A model generated the notes under the pieces. The model saw only the letters and a list, made by a program, of their open reading frames with translations, did not search any database and was not told the DNA's origin. 64,000 nucleotides of DNA from a virus, in the IMG/VR virus record IMGVR_UViG_3300044832_000053, positions 1-64,000 of that record. The stretch is one strand, 5' to 3'. The position numbers and the translations under genes are program-made. Position 1 is the stretch's first letter; the number at the start of each line of letters is the position of its first letter. Of the stretch, positions 44,199 through 53,590 are shown in pieces.

Positions 44199-46114
44199 AG
44201 CTTGCTGGCCGCGAAAGTGAGCTGGGCGGCCTGGGTACGGAGCTGGGAGATCTGCTTGCGGACCGCCAGGATACGGCTGGTCAGGTTAGCCGTGGCACTG
44301 GCCTTCGTGGTCTTGGACGCGGCCCTGGTCACGGCCTTCTTCGCGCTCGCGGCCGTGGTCTTCTTCGAGGTGGCAGCCTTCCTCGCCGCTGCCGCCGTGG
44401 TCTTCTTCGACCCGGTGGTGTGCTGCTTGGTGTGCGCCGCGTGCTGGGCCCTGAGCTGTGCTTCCAGCCCCTTGAGAACGATGGACAGTGCGTTGGCCTT
44501 CTGCCGGTCCGCCTTGGCCCGGGATAGCAGCTTGCGCTTCTTCACCTGCTTCGAGCCCCCGGCCGGGGCCGCGCCACCCGCGCCCCAGGTCCCGCCAGCG
44601 GTCCGGGGCTCAGCCGGGTTGAATCCGGCCAGCTCGACGGACTCATACCACTCATTGGAATGGCTGGAATCCTGGGCATGAGCCCGTGCGGACATCGAGG
44701 CCAGCCCGGCCAGGGCCTTCACCGCAGCCGCCCTGACCTCGGGGTGCACGCTGCCGCCTCCGGCCGCCCACTTGCGGATCGAGCCCCAGGTGATCGCCGT
44801 GGCCGACCCCTCGCTGTGCCCGGCCCGGATCAGTGCGTTGCGGACGTTCTGGAAGTAGGGCGGGAACTCCATGCCCTTGACGTGGTAGGCCCCCGGCCCG
44901 CCTGGCTTCCCGATCGGGGCGGGCGTGACCGCCAGCCGGGCGGTGTCGGCGGACATCTCCAGGGCCTGGGAACTGATGGTTGAGTACCCCTGCGGAGGGG
45001 GTGCCTGGGTGTGGGCAGCCATGGAGTACGGGGCGGTCATCCCCGGCCCGGTGACCCGGTAGTCATGAGTTATCGCGCCCACCCCGGCGGGCACGCCTGC
45101 CAGGCTGGCGCGGACCGCCCGGACATCCTGGACCGCCAGCGGGCTGGTGTGCCGGGCGGCCCACTCGGCCGAGTCCAGCGCCTTGCGTGCGTGCCCCATC
45201 TTGCGCATCGCGGTGAACCGGGCGGCGGCGCGCATCGAGGTGCGCAGCATCTCAGCCGCCGGTCCGGGACTTGCGTTGTTGCGCAGCTCGCCCTGGGGCT
45301 GGTACTTGTCACCGACGCCCTCGATGGCCCGGATATGCGAGAACCCGCCGGGTGCACCGGAGTAGCTGAATGAGCTGTGCCCGCCCGGCCCGAGGACCCA
45401 CCGCCCGTCCGGGCCCCGGAGCTGGTCAGGGTGGAAGGCCAGCTCGATGCTGTAGTCCTGCTGGCCGGTGCCGGTTCCGTTCAGGTTCGCGATGTCAAAA
45501 CCCCCGGGCTGGTCCCCGGCCGCCCCGGGCCGTATCCCGCTGCCTTTCACGTCGGCCCTGGCCGCCGCCTGCTGGTCGCGGTACGCCTGGTTGGATGCCT
45601 CAGCGTCCTCGATGTCCTTGATCAGCAGGCAGTGCCGGTTGATCATGTCCATGTGCCGCTTGGCGTGGGCGTGCCCGTCATCGTCGGTGATGCCGTGCCG
45701 GTACAGCGACAGCGGGGCCAGGGTGTGCATCGCGGCGGCCAGGTGCCTCCCGGCCGACTCGGTCTTGCCCCGGTGCATCGAGTTCGCCGCGTCCCGCAGG
45801 TGATCCCCGACGCCCAGCTCGGGCAGCACCTGGTCGGTGCGATGGGCCACGCCCCGGATGGATGTGGCCACGGCCTGCTTCATGCCGCCGGTCGCGATCA
45901 GCCTGCTGCCTACGCGGCCAGGCGCACCAGGGTTGGCAGGAGCGGCGCTCCCCTGAACGGGGCCACCGGGTGGCACCGGCAGTGCGGGTGCACCGTTCCC
46001 GGGTACCCGATTGCCGGGGGGATTGCGGCCAGGAAGTTGCGGCCGTCCGCTGCCTTGCACTCGGGCGACGTCCGGGCGTCGTGTACTGACTGCCATCCGA
46101 GAACCTTTCCCCAT
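44195..46114 (-). CDS. Multi-module head-region protein with repeated tags and Lys/Ala-rich C-terminus (start uncertain)
   Basis: IELAFHPDQLRGPDGRW, VELAGFNPAEPRTAGGTW; 5' end overlaps MuF gene. Confidence 0.75.
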   Translation of the reverse strand: MGKGSRMAVSTRRPDVARVQGSGRPQLPGRNPPGNRVPGNGAPALPVPPGGPVQGSAAPANPGAPGRVGSRLIATGGMKQAVATSIRGVAHRTDQVLPELGVGDHLRDAANSMHRGKTESAGRHLAAAMHTLAPLSLYRHGITDDDGHAHAKRHMDMINRHCLLIKDIEDAEASNQAYRDQQAAARADVKGSGIRPGAAGDQPGGFDIANLNGTGTGQQDYSIELAFHPDQLRGPDGRWVLGPGGHSSFSYSGAPGGFSHIRAIEGVGDKYQPQGELRNNASPGPAAEMLRTSMRAAARFTAMRKMGHARKALDSAEWAARHTSPLAVQDVRAVRASLAGVPAGVGAITHDYRVTGPGMTAPYSMAAHTQAPPPQGYSTISSQALEMSADTARLAVTPAPIGKPGGPGAYHVKGMEFPPYFQNVRNALIRAGHSEGSATAITWGSIRKWAAGGGSVHPEVRAAAVKALAGLASMSARAHAQDSSHSNEWYESVELAGFNPAEPRTAGGTWGAGGAAPAGGSKQVKKRKLLSRAKADRQKANALSIVLKGLEAQLRAQHAAHTKQHTTGSKKTTAAAARKAATSKKTTAASAKKAVTRAASKTTKASATANLTSRILAVRKQISQLRTQAAQLTFAASKL

Positions 46115-46533
46115 CTGTAAGCCGCGCCGTCGATGGCCGACCCGGCCATGATGCGCCCCTGGTTGGCCTCGAAGTGCTGGCCGAAGTAGCGGGATTCGGT
46201 CTCGGCCAGCCGGTCAAGCGCCTCGGCACGTGGCTCGCCCCGGCTGGCGGCCCCGGCCAGGCCGTCCTGGATGCGGTGGGCGGCGGCCACGAAGAACGCT
46301 GAGCGCCGGGCGATGTTGGCGTGCGCAGCCCATCGGGTGGCCGGGCCGACGCCCTCGATCCGGTCAGGCGGGTAGCGGGTCTCGATGGCGATCACCGCGC
46401 GCAGCGCCGGGCCGCTGATGCCCGCGCCATGGAACGTCCCGGCGATCTGCGTGAAGATGCCAGCCGCCGACGGGTAGGCCGCGAACGCCCGCGCTGCGGT
46501 AAGCGCGAGCATGGCATCGCTGCGGGCGCTCAT
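45910..46533 (-). CDS. MuF (phage minor head / gp30-like) protein
   Basis: W.SVHDARTSPEC...G...PG.VHPHCRC; after portal. Confidence 0.85.
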   Translation of the reverse strand: MSARSDAMLALTAARAFAAYPSAAGIFTQIAGTFHGAGISGPALRAVIAIETRYPPDRIEGVGPATRWAAHANIARRSAFFVAAAHRIQDGLAGAASRGEPRAEALDRLAETESRYFGQHFEANQGRIMAGSAIDGAAYRWGKVLGWQSVHDARTSPECKAADGRNFLAAIPPAIGYPGTVHPHCRCHPVAPFRGAPLLPTLVRLAA

Positions 46534-46727
46534 ACCGGGTGGACCGTCCCGTCCCGGGCGAAGTGCTCGTCCACGGTGTGCCCGTACTCCATCGCGTGCA
46601 TCGCGGCGTCGTTGAGCACCCCGGGGATGGTCATGGGGTAGCTGGTGGTGCTGGCGGTCTCGGTGAAATCGCCGTCCTGGCAGGTCACGGTCATGGTCTC
46701 GGTTGAGTCGATCCTGATGGGGGTCAT
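46530..46727 (-). CDS. Small hypothetical protein
   Basis: ATGA overlaps at both ends. Confidence 0.55.
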   Translation of the reverse strand: MTPIRIDSTETMTVTCQDGDFTETASTTSYPMTIPGVLNDAAMHAMEYGHTVDEHFARDGTVHPV

Positions 46728-48292
46728 GCCATCTTCCCGGGTGGCGGCACCATGGGCGGCTTGCCCGGCGGCCGTGGCGGCCCGGCAGCACTCTGGCGCG
46801 GTGGCATCTGCCCGGGGGCGGGGACCTGGCCACCCGTGGCCTGGTGGGCGATGCCCAGCGCGGTGCTGGCCATGCCGTTGAGCGCGCCCACCCCGGCCAG
46901 GGCCGAGGGGGGCATGCCGGGAGGGGCCCCGGCGGCCCCGGCGAGCTGGGCGGCCCGCTGGGACGCTGAGTTGACCAGCGCGGTGTGCACCTGGTCGATG
47001 TCGAGCTGGAGGACCGAGGCCATCCGCTCGGCCAGCAGGTCCACGAACTCGATGGGGATGTGCAGCGCGGGGGCGGCGACGATCTGCCCGAACAGGGTCA
47101 GCAGCGCCTGGATCTGCTCGTCCTGGAGCGGCCCGAACTTGAACTTGGGGAAGGCGGCGTCGGGCCCGAAGTTCAGGATGATCATGGGAGCGATGACGTC
47201 GTGGCTGATCCACCCGGCCATCTCCTTGGCCACAGCCTGCCGGGACTTGAGGTAGAAGCTGGACTGGTCCTGGGACAGCGCGTAGCTTCCCTTGCCGCCC
47301 GTGGATGCCCCGGTCAGGCCCATGAACCCGGCCAGTACCGAGCCGATCTGCCACTGCTCCAGGAAGCCCAGGGCCTCCTTGAAGATCGCGCCGCCCTCGC
47401 CAGCCGCCGGGATGGTCTCGAACGACTTCTGGCCCGCCTCGGGATGGACCAGGCCCACCACGCCGGAGGACCGCAGCGAGGCAATGTCATCCGCGCGGGT
47501 GTTGGCCTCGGGCTGGTCATTGCCGTAGACGATCGTGCGCGGCAGGGCCAGGTTTTCGAGGTAGTTGTACCAGAGGAACAGCAGCTTCATCTTGGTCTGG
47601 TAGCACCAGTAGGCGATCTCCATCTCGCTGACCCCGACCAGGGGCTCGCGGTGGGTGCCGTGGGTGTAGATGGCGCTGCGGATCTTGGGGATGTCCACGT
47701 ACCCGGGGACCTTGGACTTGGCCTGGAGGGTGTTGGCCTGGCCGAACATCCACACGAGCTGGCGGAACCCGTTCGGGTTCCCGCTCCGCTCGTTGAACGC
47801 GCTCTGGCAGGTGGACGGCGGCCGGTAAGCGAGCTTGTCAAGCACCACCCGCTCGTCGCTGGCCCGGATCTTCCAGACCTTCTCGAAGAACGCCTTCTTG
47901 TAGATCTGCCCGGACGTGACCTGGCCGATGAACTGCTCGATGGGCGTCTGCATGCCGCCCTCGGTGTCCGGGGTCATCAGCACCGAGTTGGCCAGGTCGG
48001 CCTCGCCCTTGTCGCCCTTGGCGGGCTCGATGGACTGGTCAGCCTCGCGGACGGGCAGGGTCAGCACCATCTCGATGGCCGAGCACTGGCCATCGCGGCG
48101 GAACATGGTTTTCATGTCCCGCGCGCCCCACTCGCCATAGTCGAAGACGTCGCCGGAGCCGAAGTAGGCGAACAGCTTCTGGCCGTAGTCGAACGCGGTC
48201 CCGATCTCCGGGCCCATCAGGTCCCGGCGGTCACCGGGCTTGAGGTCGGGGAACTTGAGGATGCGGGCGGTGGACGGGTCGCGGGCTGCCAT
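46724..48292 (-). CDS. Portal protein (DUF935 / Mu gp29-like)
   Basis: FFEKVW, LAYRP, SVLAGF, GSYALS, I.P.I.LNFG..A.FP. Confidence 0.9.
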   Translation of the reverse strand: MAARDPSTARILKFPDLKPGDRRDLMGPEIGTAFDYGQKLFAYFGSGDVFDYGEWGARDMKTMFRRDGQCSAIEMVLTLPVREADQSIEPAKGDKGEADLANSVLMTPDTEGGMQTPIEQFIGQVTSGQIYKKAFFEKVWKIRASDERVVLDKLAYRPPSTCQSAFNERSGNPNGFRQLVWMFGQANTLQAKSKVPGYVDIPKIRSAIYTHGTHREPLVGVSEMEIAYWCYQTKMKLLFLWYNYLENLALPRTIVYGNDQPEANTRADDIASLRSSGVVGLVHPEAGQKSFETIPAAGEGGAIFKEALGFLEQWQIGSVLAGFMGLTGASTGGKGSYALSQDQSSFYLKSRQAVAKEMAGWISHDVIAPMIILNFGPDAAFPKFKFGPLQDEQIQALLTLFGQIVAAPALHIPIEFVDLLAERMASVLQLDIDQVHTALVNSASQRAAQLAGAAGAPPGMPPSALAGVGALNGMASTALGIAHQATGGQVPAPGQMPPRQSAAGPPRPPGKPPMVPPPGKMA

Positions 48293-48295
48293 CAC

Positions 48296-49885
48296 TCACC
48301 GCCAGGAGCGGACGTTCGGCCGTTCGGGACGATCTTGATCATCCCCCTCACCGTCTTTGGGCGCGAAGGATTCGAGATCCCAGCGCTGGTCCTGATCGTA
48401 GGCCCCTCCGTGCGCGTAGGCGAGCCGCCGGGACGGTAGCTGCCCAAGCGGCTTGCTGAATTCCTCCAGATCCTGGCTCGCTGCCCACCGCCGCACGGAC
48501 GCCGGGACCCCCCGGGTGTCGAAGCTGCTCTTGAGAAACGGGTGCACTGCCCAGCACAGCGAATCGAGCCGGTCAGGGCTGCGCTCGTTGGCCGCCCCGG
48601 TGAAGGAGCACATCTGGTCCTCCAGCTCCACGAACGGCCCGTAAGCGTGCCGGACCAGGCCCCGCTCGTACAGCGCGGCGGCGGGCTCGGCCCGGGTCCG
48701 CTTGCCGAGGCTGGCGTGCACGGTCTTCACGTGCGGGACATGGTCCGCCAGCCGCCCGGCCTTGGTCAGCTTCTTCTTGACCTGGGAGAACACCTCGGCC
48801 AGCCAGGCCCCGCCGTGGTTCTTCTCCACCACCAGGCTGGCTCTCCACTCGTGGGCCGCCAGCAGGGCCTTCTCCGCGAACTGGGCCGGGCCGATCCGGC
48901 CGCCCCAGCTATCAAGGATGTAAACAAATCCGTCGTTGCCCATCCCGGCCACCGTGTACGCCTGCTCATCGGAGTCCTCGGTGCCGTCCGAGGGGTCAAC
49001 ACCGACGTAGATAGTGAGCATGGAGACCGGGCGGCCGTCGTCCAGCATGGGCTTGCCTACCTGGATGGACTCCAGCAGGTCCCGGGTCCACAGCGCATTC
49101 TCGACGTCATCGAGCAGCTCGCCTTCCAGCTCCTGGCGTTCCAGCCGGGTGCCCTTGGCCAGCGCGATGACGCCCTGGAAGAACGCCTCGGACAGGTTGG
49201 CGATGTTGTCGATGGTCCGCAGGCGGCGGATGACCATGCCGGGCTCGTCGCCCCGCAGGAACCGGCGGATCAGCGCGGCGGCGGGCCGGGAAACCTTGGG
49301 TGTCCCGGTGGTGATGATCTTGGACGCGCCGAGCCGGACCGCGAACTTGATTGACTCGTCCCAGGCGATGGCCCACTTCTGCCAAAGCCCGATCTCATCC
49401 CCCCACAGGCCCTTGAGGTTCTTGCCCTGGACCCGCAGCGCACCGTCGTCGGCGGAGTCCACGAAGATGATGTGACCGTTGCGGAGCCCGATCTCGCCGT
49501 AGCTGCGGTGTGCATAGGCAACCTGCTTGGAGCTGTGGTCCTTGACCTCCCCGGCCGAGGTTCCCAGTGCGGCCAGAATGCCAGCCCGGCCCTCCACGCA
49601 GACGGTCCAGGCGTCCCGGTAGGTGGGCGCGACGATGCCCCACTCCCCATCGGCCTCGCCGTCGTCCAGGATGAGCTGAGCGAGGCCCTGAGCCCCCGCA
49701 CGGGTCTTCCCGCTGCCACGGCCGCCCTGGTAGTACACCTTGGACCATGGCTCCTCAGGGAGCCGCTGGGACGGCCGGGCGGTGTCCAGCCAGGCCATCC
49801 GGGGATCGACGGCAACCGAGTCGAGCGCGTCCGCGACCGCGCTGAGCAGATCCTGGTCAGCCGGTGGGACGTAGATGGCGGACAA
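48296..49885 (-). CDS. terL: Terminase large subunit
   Basis: GGRGSGKT, WGDE, TGTP, QELEGE, GVDP, EKNHGG, SPDRLDS. Confidence 0.95.
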   Translation of the reverse strand: MSAIYVPPADQDLLSAVADALDSVAVDPRMAWLDTARPSQRLPEEPWSKVYYQGGRGSGKTRAGAQGLAQLILDDGEADGEWGIVAPTYRDAWTVCVEGRAGILAALGTSAGEVKDHSSKQVAYAHRSYGEIGLRNGHIIFVDSADDGALRVQGKNLKGLWGDEIGLWQKWAIAWDESIKFAVRLGASKIITTGTPKVSRPAAALIRRFLRGDEPGMVIRRLRTIDNIANLSEAFFQGVIALAKGTRLERQELEGELLDDVENALWTRDLLESIQVGKPMLDDGRPVSMLTIYVGVDPSDGTEDSDEQAYTVAGMGNDGFVYILDSWGGRIGPAQFAEKALLAAHEWRASLVVEKNHGGAWLAEVFSQVKKKLTKAGRLADHVPHVKTVHASLGKRTRAEPAAALYERGLVRHAYGPFVELEDQMCSFTGAANERSPDRLDSLCWAVHPFLKSSFDTRGVPASVRRWAASQDLEEFSKPLGQLPSRRLAYAHGGAYDQDQRWDLESFAPKDGEGDDQDRPERPNVRSWR

Positions 49886-50591
49886 GCGCCTTGCGTGCCT
49901 TCACCTGCCCTTCAAGCGGCACGCCCGCCTCGTTCAGCGCCAGGTCCAGGGCGCGCTCGAACAGCCGCACCTGCTCGGCCCTGATCTTCGCCAGCCGGGC
50001 CTCGATGTTCAGCTTGATCAGCGAGATCAGGATGCCCGCCAGCCGCTCCTGGGACCGCTCGTACAGCAGCACCTCGGCTCGGACCTGCTCCCCGATCCGT
50101 GAGCGGGTGTACCGCCAGCTCGCGATGTCGATCTTGCTGACCATCTCGCGCAGCAGGTCTTTCAGCGCCTTGATCTCGGCCGCGACGGCCAGCAGCTCGG
50201 TCAGCGGGTCGTCCATGGGCGGCGGGGACATCAGCTTCGCCCCGTGCTCGGTCATGATCTCGGCCAGCCGCCCGCTAGCGTTGGACTGGACCACGTTCGC
50301 CGCCGCCCGCTTGGACCGCACGCTCCCGGCGTTCGCCCCGTGGTCCTTGCAGACCGGGGGCTCGGTGCCGGTGGTGGCGGTCTTCCGGCAGCGGTCGATC
50401 GTCCCGCTTACCCGGGTGGCATTCGTGCAGCGCCGCATTCCGGTAATCTGCTCAGCCTCGTCCAGCATCTCCTCGGGGACGTGGGTGAAGCAGAACTCCA
50501 TGCCCTCGATCTCGGGATAGCCGCATGCCGTGCCGTCCCGGTTGGTGCCGGTGCACGGCTCGGTGCCTTCCCAGGAGTGCAGCTCGCGCAT
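49857..50591 (-). CDS. Probable terminase small subunit
   Basis: Immediately upstream of terL; Cys/His knuckles (CKDHGA) then helices. Confidence 0.7.
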   Translation of the reverse strand: MRELHSWEGTEPCTGTNRDGTACGYPEIEGMEFCFTHVPEEMLDEAEQITGMRRCTNATRVSGTIDRCRKTATTGTEPPVCKDHGANAGSVRSKRAAANVVQSNASGRLAEIMTEHGAKLMSPPPMDDPLTELLAVAAEIKALKDLLREMVSKIDIASWRYTRSRIGEQVRAEVLLYERSQERLAGILISLIKLNIEARLAKIRAEQVRLFERALDLALNEAGVPLEGQVKARKALVRHLRPTG

Positions 50592-50614
50592 ACCAGGAAG
50601 GATAGACGCACGTC

Positions 50615-51244
50615 GTGATCAAGGACCTGATCTCACCGGCCAAGGTTCTCGCTGCGGCCCTGGCCGCAATGACCGTGGCGACGGTCTCCAGCTTCGCCGG
50701 GGACCTCGGCACGATCCTGGGCGCGGGCCTGACCGCCGTGGTCGGGGGGACGGCGGCGGCGCTGTACGAGCACGCTGCGCGCAGGGCCCCGGTGATGCTG
50801 CGCCGCCGGGGACTGTGGTTCACCCTGCGTCACATGCGCAGGCCCGGCCGCCAGGTGGTCCTGGCCGCGCTGGCCAGCTCAGCCGTGGTCGCCGGGGGCT
50901 CCTACGCGGTGATCACCGTGGTCACGGCGTCCGCCGGTCAGTCCCTGCACACGATCGTCACGGGTGATCATGCTGGCAGGGCGGCCCCTGGTCCTGGCGG
51001 TGACGCCCCAGCACCCACAGTCCCGCCAGCGCCGCGAAAGTCGCGGTCACCCAGCCCCAGCGCCTCACCTTCGGCCACGCCATCCTCAGTTGCTCCCTCA
51101 GATACCAGCGCACCACCGTCTGTCCCGCCCTCACCGTCGCCCTCAGCCAGCACGACTGCGCCGCAGGTTACGCCGTCAGCTTCCCCGGATGCCAGCCCTG
51201 GCGTCCCGCTGGCCAGCCCGGTGCCGTCTCAGGCTCCGTCGTAG
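50615..51244 (+). CDS. Membrane protein with Pro/Ser-rich tail
   Basis: Three hydrophobic segments; GTILGAGL..V. Confidence 0.65.
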   Translation: MIKDLISPAKVLAAALAAMTVATVSSFAGDLGTILGAGLTAVVGGTAAALYEHAARRAPVMLRRRGLWFTLRHMRRPGRQVVLAALASSAVVAGGSYAVITVVTASAGQSLHTIVTGDHAGRAAPGPGGDAPAPTVPPAPRKSRSPSPSASPSATPSSVAPSDTSAPPSVPPSPSPSASTTAPQVTPSASPDASPGVPLASPVPSQAPS

Positions 51245-51519
51245 CGGGTCTTGATACTGATCTCCAGGTACGGGACCTGGGCCTCGCCGCTGTGCCCGTG
51301 GGCGGATACCTCAAAGCGGATTCGCTCGTCGGCGGATGCATCGCTGATGATGCCGCGCACGAGCTGGCGGGCCTTCTCCCCGTCCGGCTGGGTGAGCGGG
51401 GCAGACAGTGACTTGAGGGTCTCGGCCCTGGTGCCGCCTGCGTTGAACGAGAAGCTCACGGGGTTCCCTTCATCGAGCTGATCCGGCGGCGGGACCGCCG
51501 CTTCCGCATATTCCACCAC
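51229..51519 (-). CDS. Hypothetical protein
   Basis: Codon bias; start uncertain. Confidence 0.5.
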   Translation of the reverse strand: MVEYAEAAVPPPDQLDEGNPVSFSFNAGGTRAETLKSLSAPLTQPDGEKARQLVRGIISDASADERIRFEVSAHGHSGEAQVPYLEISIKTRYDGA

Positions 51520-51592
51520 CAGCAGCGCCAGCAGAGCCTCCGGGTGCAGAGGAGCTGGACAGCCCGGTCATCCATCGGGACACGCCGGTACC

Positions 51593-52192
51593 TCATCCCA
51601 GGCCCAGTACCTTCTCAGCGGTCAGCCAGTCACGGGCGATGGCTAGCTGCGCGGTGAGCAGGGGCACCTCGCCGGAGCACACTGCCGCCCGCAGTGCGGA
51701 CTCGACACCATCCTTGGGGTTGGGGATGGTGCCGGTCTCGGGCCACAGGTTGGCCGCGTCATTGGCCCCGCCCAGCTCCAGTGGCACCAGGTGGTCCAGC
51801 TCACTCTTCGCGCGGGCCGGGATGCCGTAGGCCGGGTAGGCCACGTTGAACTTGAACGCCGACGTCTGCGTCTCCGGCGGGCGGACCGTGGCCGTCCAGC
51901 CGTGCACGCAGATTGTCGCGAAGATCGTTTTCGGGTTCACGGCCGGGTCGATCGCGCCGGGCGTGCAGGCCGGGTCGGGCAGGACGGAGGTTCCCGAGCC
52001 CCGGACCTGGCAGTGCAACGGCTCGGAGCCGGTCACCTGGCCCGGGTCGTGGACCTCCTTGAGCGCACCCGACGACGGGGCCGGGCTGGACGGGGACAAC
52101 GTGGGCCGGGTCACGGCCGGGGGTACCGACGTGCAGGCGGCCAGTGCGAGTGCCGCCAGCACTGCTGCGGCTGCCTGCCTGATCATGATCAT
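51593..52192 (-). CDS. Lipoprotein with HNH-like domain
   Basis: Lipobox LAAC; ELDHLVPLELGGAND..NLWPE..NPKD. Confidence 0.8.
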   Translation of the reverse strand: MIMIRQAAAAVLAALALAACTSVPPAVTRPTLSPSSPAPSSGALKEVHDPGQVTGSEPLHCQVRGSGTSVLPDPACTPGAIDPAVNPKTIFATICVHGWTATVRPPETQTSAFKFNVAYPAYGIPARAKSELDHLVPLELGGANDAANLWPETGTIPNPKDGVESALRAAVCSGEVPLLTAQLAIARDWLTAEKVLGLG

Positions 52193-52314
52193 TTCCTTCC
52201 GGGGGTGCTCGGGCGGCTCCCCCCGGCGCGGGAGCGCACCAGGGGGAAGCCGTCCAGGGCGGGCCAGGCATCAGGAGAGACGGGGGTGACTCCCTCCGCC
52301 TGGCCAGCCCCTGC

Positions 52315-53343
52315 TCATCTGATGTAGCCGGTTTCGAGCAGGAGCTTCTTGCTGGCCTGGGCCATGGCCTTATTGAGCCCGTAGTGCCGTTCACGGGTCC
52401 AGGGCAGGGCCGTCCGAGACCAGTCAGCTACCGCGAGCGCCGGGTCCGCCCCCGGTGGTAGCGGCGGGGTGACCGGCGCTGGGACAGGGGCCGGGATCGG
52501 TGCCGGTGGCGGCGCGGGGACCGGAACCGGAAACACCTTCCCCGTGATCGAGGTGTAGGCCGAGGCCAGCGTCGGCACGTCAACTCCCGTCAGGAAGGCC
52601 GGGTGCTCCAGGTGGGCCTGGTAGATGACCGCGTAGCACTCGCTGTCCTGGTGGGCGATGAACGGGTCGGTCATCCCGACCGGCTGCTGCCAGGTGATAT
52701 TGGTGACGTCAGCCGCGTGGTCGCCCGGGGGCATCACGTACTTGCCGCCCATGGTGGCGTGCCCGCCCCAGTCGGGGGACGGCGTGTAGTCCCACAGGCC
52801 CGCGCTGGTCTGGGACTGCTGGGAAATCTCCAGGTCCAGCCCGAACAGCACCCCGCCCATGAGCGCGGTGACGTCCTTGATGTAGGCCAGCCCGTTCGGC
52901 TGGAGCGGGACGGAGGCGAACGCCAGCGGCTTCACCACCTGGGTGACCCCGCCCGGCAGGGTGATCTCCAGTCCTCCGGCCAGGGCCGCGCTCAGCATCA
53001 CGGTCATGTCCACGCCGCCGTCGCCGCGCCCGGTGGCCGGGTCAAAGGTGGGGTTGCCACTGCGCTGGTAGAGGTCGAAGATCGCCGCGTCGGAGACGGT
53101 GATGTCGATGCCGAGCAGGTACTTCCACACCATGATCGTGTAGTTGGCCAGGGCGCACGGGCCGCAGGTGCCGAACTTGATGTTGGTCCGGCCGTTCCAC
53201 TCCGCCACGTCGGCCAGGTGATCGTCCACGGGCGGGATGGCCGGGAGGGTCCCGGTCAGGAAGTCGGTCATCAGCAGGACGGGCCTGCTGCGGTCGGGCT
53301 TCCGGCGGCCCAGCCGCTGGCCGGGCAGGCGGTGCTCACTCAT
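52315..53343 (-). CDS. Papain-like cysteine peptidase
   Basis: GTCGPCALA, GDGG, WGGHA, ITW. Confidence 0.65.
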   Translation of the reverse strand: MSEHRLPGQRLGRRKPDRSRPVLLMTDFLTGTLPAIPPVDDHLADVAEWNGRTNIKFGTCGPCALANYTIMVWKYLLGIDITVSDAAIFDLYQRSGNPTFDPATGRGDGGVDMTVMLSAALAGGLEITLPGGVTQVVKPLAFASVPLQPNGLAYIKDVTALMGGVLFGLDLEISQQSQTSAGLWDYTPSPDWGGHATMGGKYVMPPGDHAADVTNITWQQPVGMTDPFIAHQDSECYAVIYQAHLEHPAFLTGVDVPTLASAYTSITGKVFPVPVPAPPPAPIPAPVPAPVTPPLPPGADPALAVADWSRTALPWTRERHYGLNKAMAQASKKLLLETGYIR

Positions 53344-53416
53344 CGCGCTCCTTGTTCATGATCAGTGATCTTCGGGCGGGCTGGCCCCCGGCACGAGGTT
53401 CCGGGGGCCAGCCTGA

Positions 53417-53581
53417 TCATAGGCCCCGTCGGAGGTACTGCCCGGGGATGATCCCGGCCAGTGCGATCAGCAGCCCGATGATCCCGATGAAGATCGCCAG
53501 TGCGTGCGCGGTGGAGACATCCCCCAGCCACAGCACCACGGCGACAATCACCAGGGCAATCCCGACGAGGATGGCGACCAT
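53417..53581 (-). CDS. Small two-TM membrane protein
   Basis: AGGAG RBS; hand-translated MVAILVGIALV... Confidence 0.6.
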   Translation of the reverse strand: MVAILVGIALVIVAVVLWLGDVSTAHALAIFIGIIGLLIALAGIIPGQYLRRGL

Positions 53582-53590
53582 GATCTTCTC

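Noticed and set aside
51593-52192. HNH near terminase as packaging or homing endonuclease
   Set aside because: Has a lipoprotein signal and no host intron
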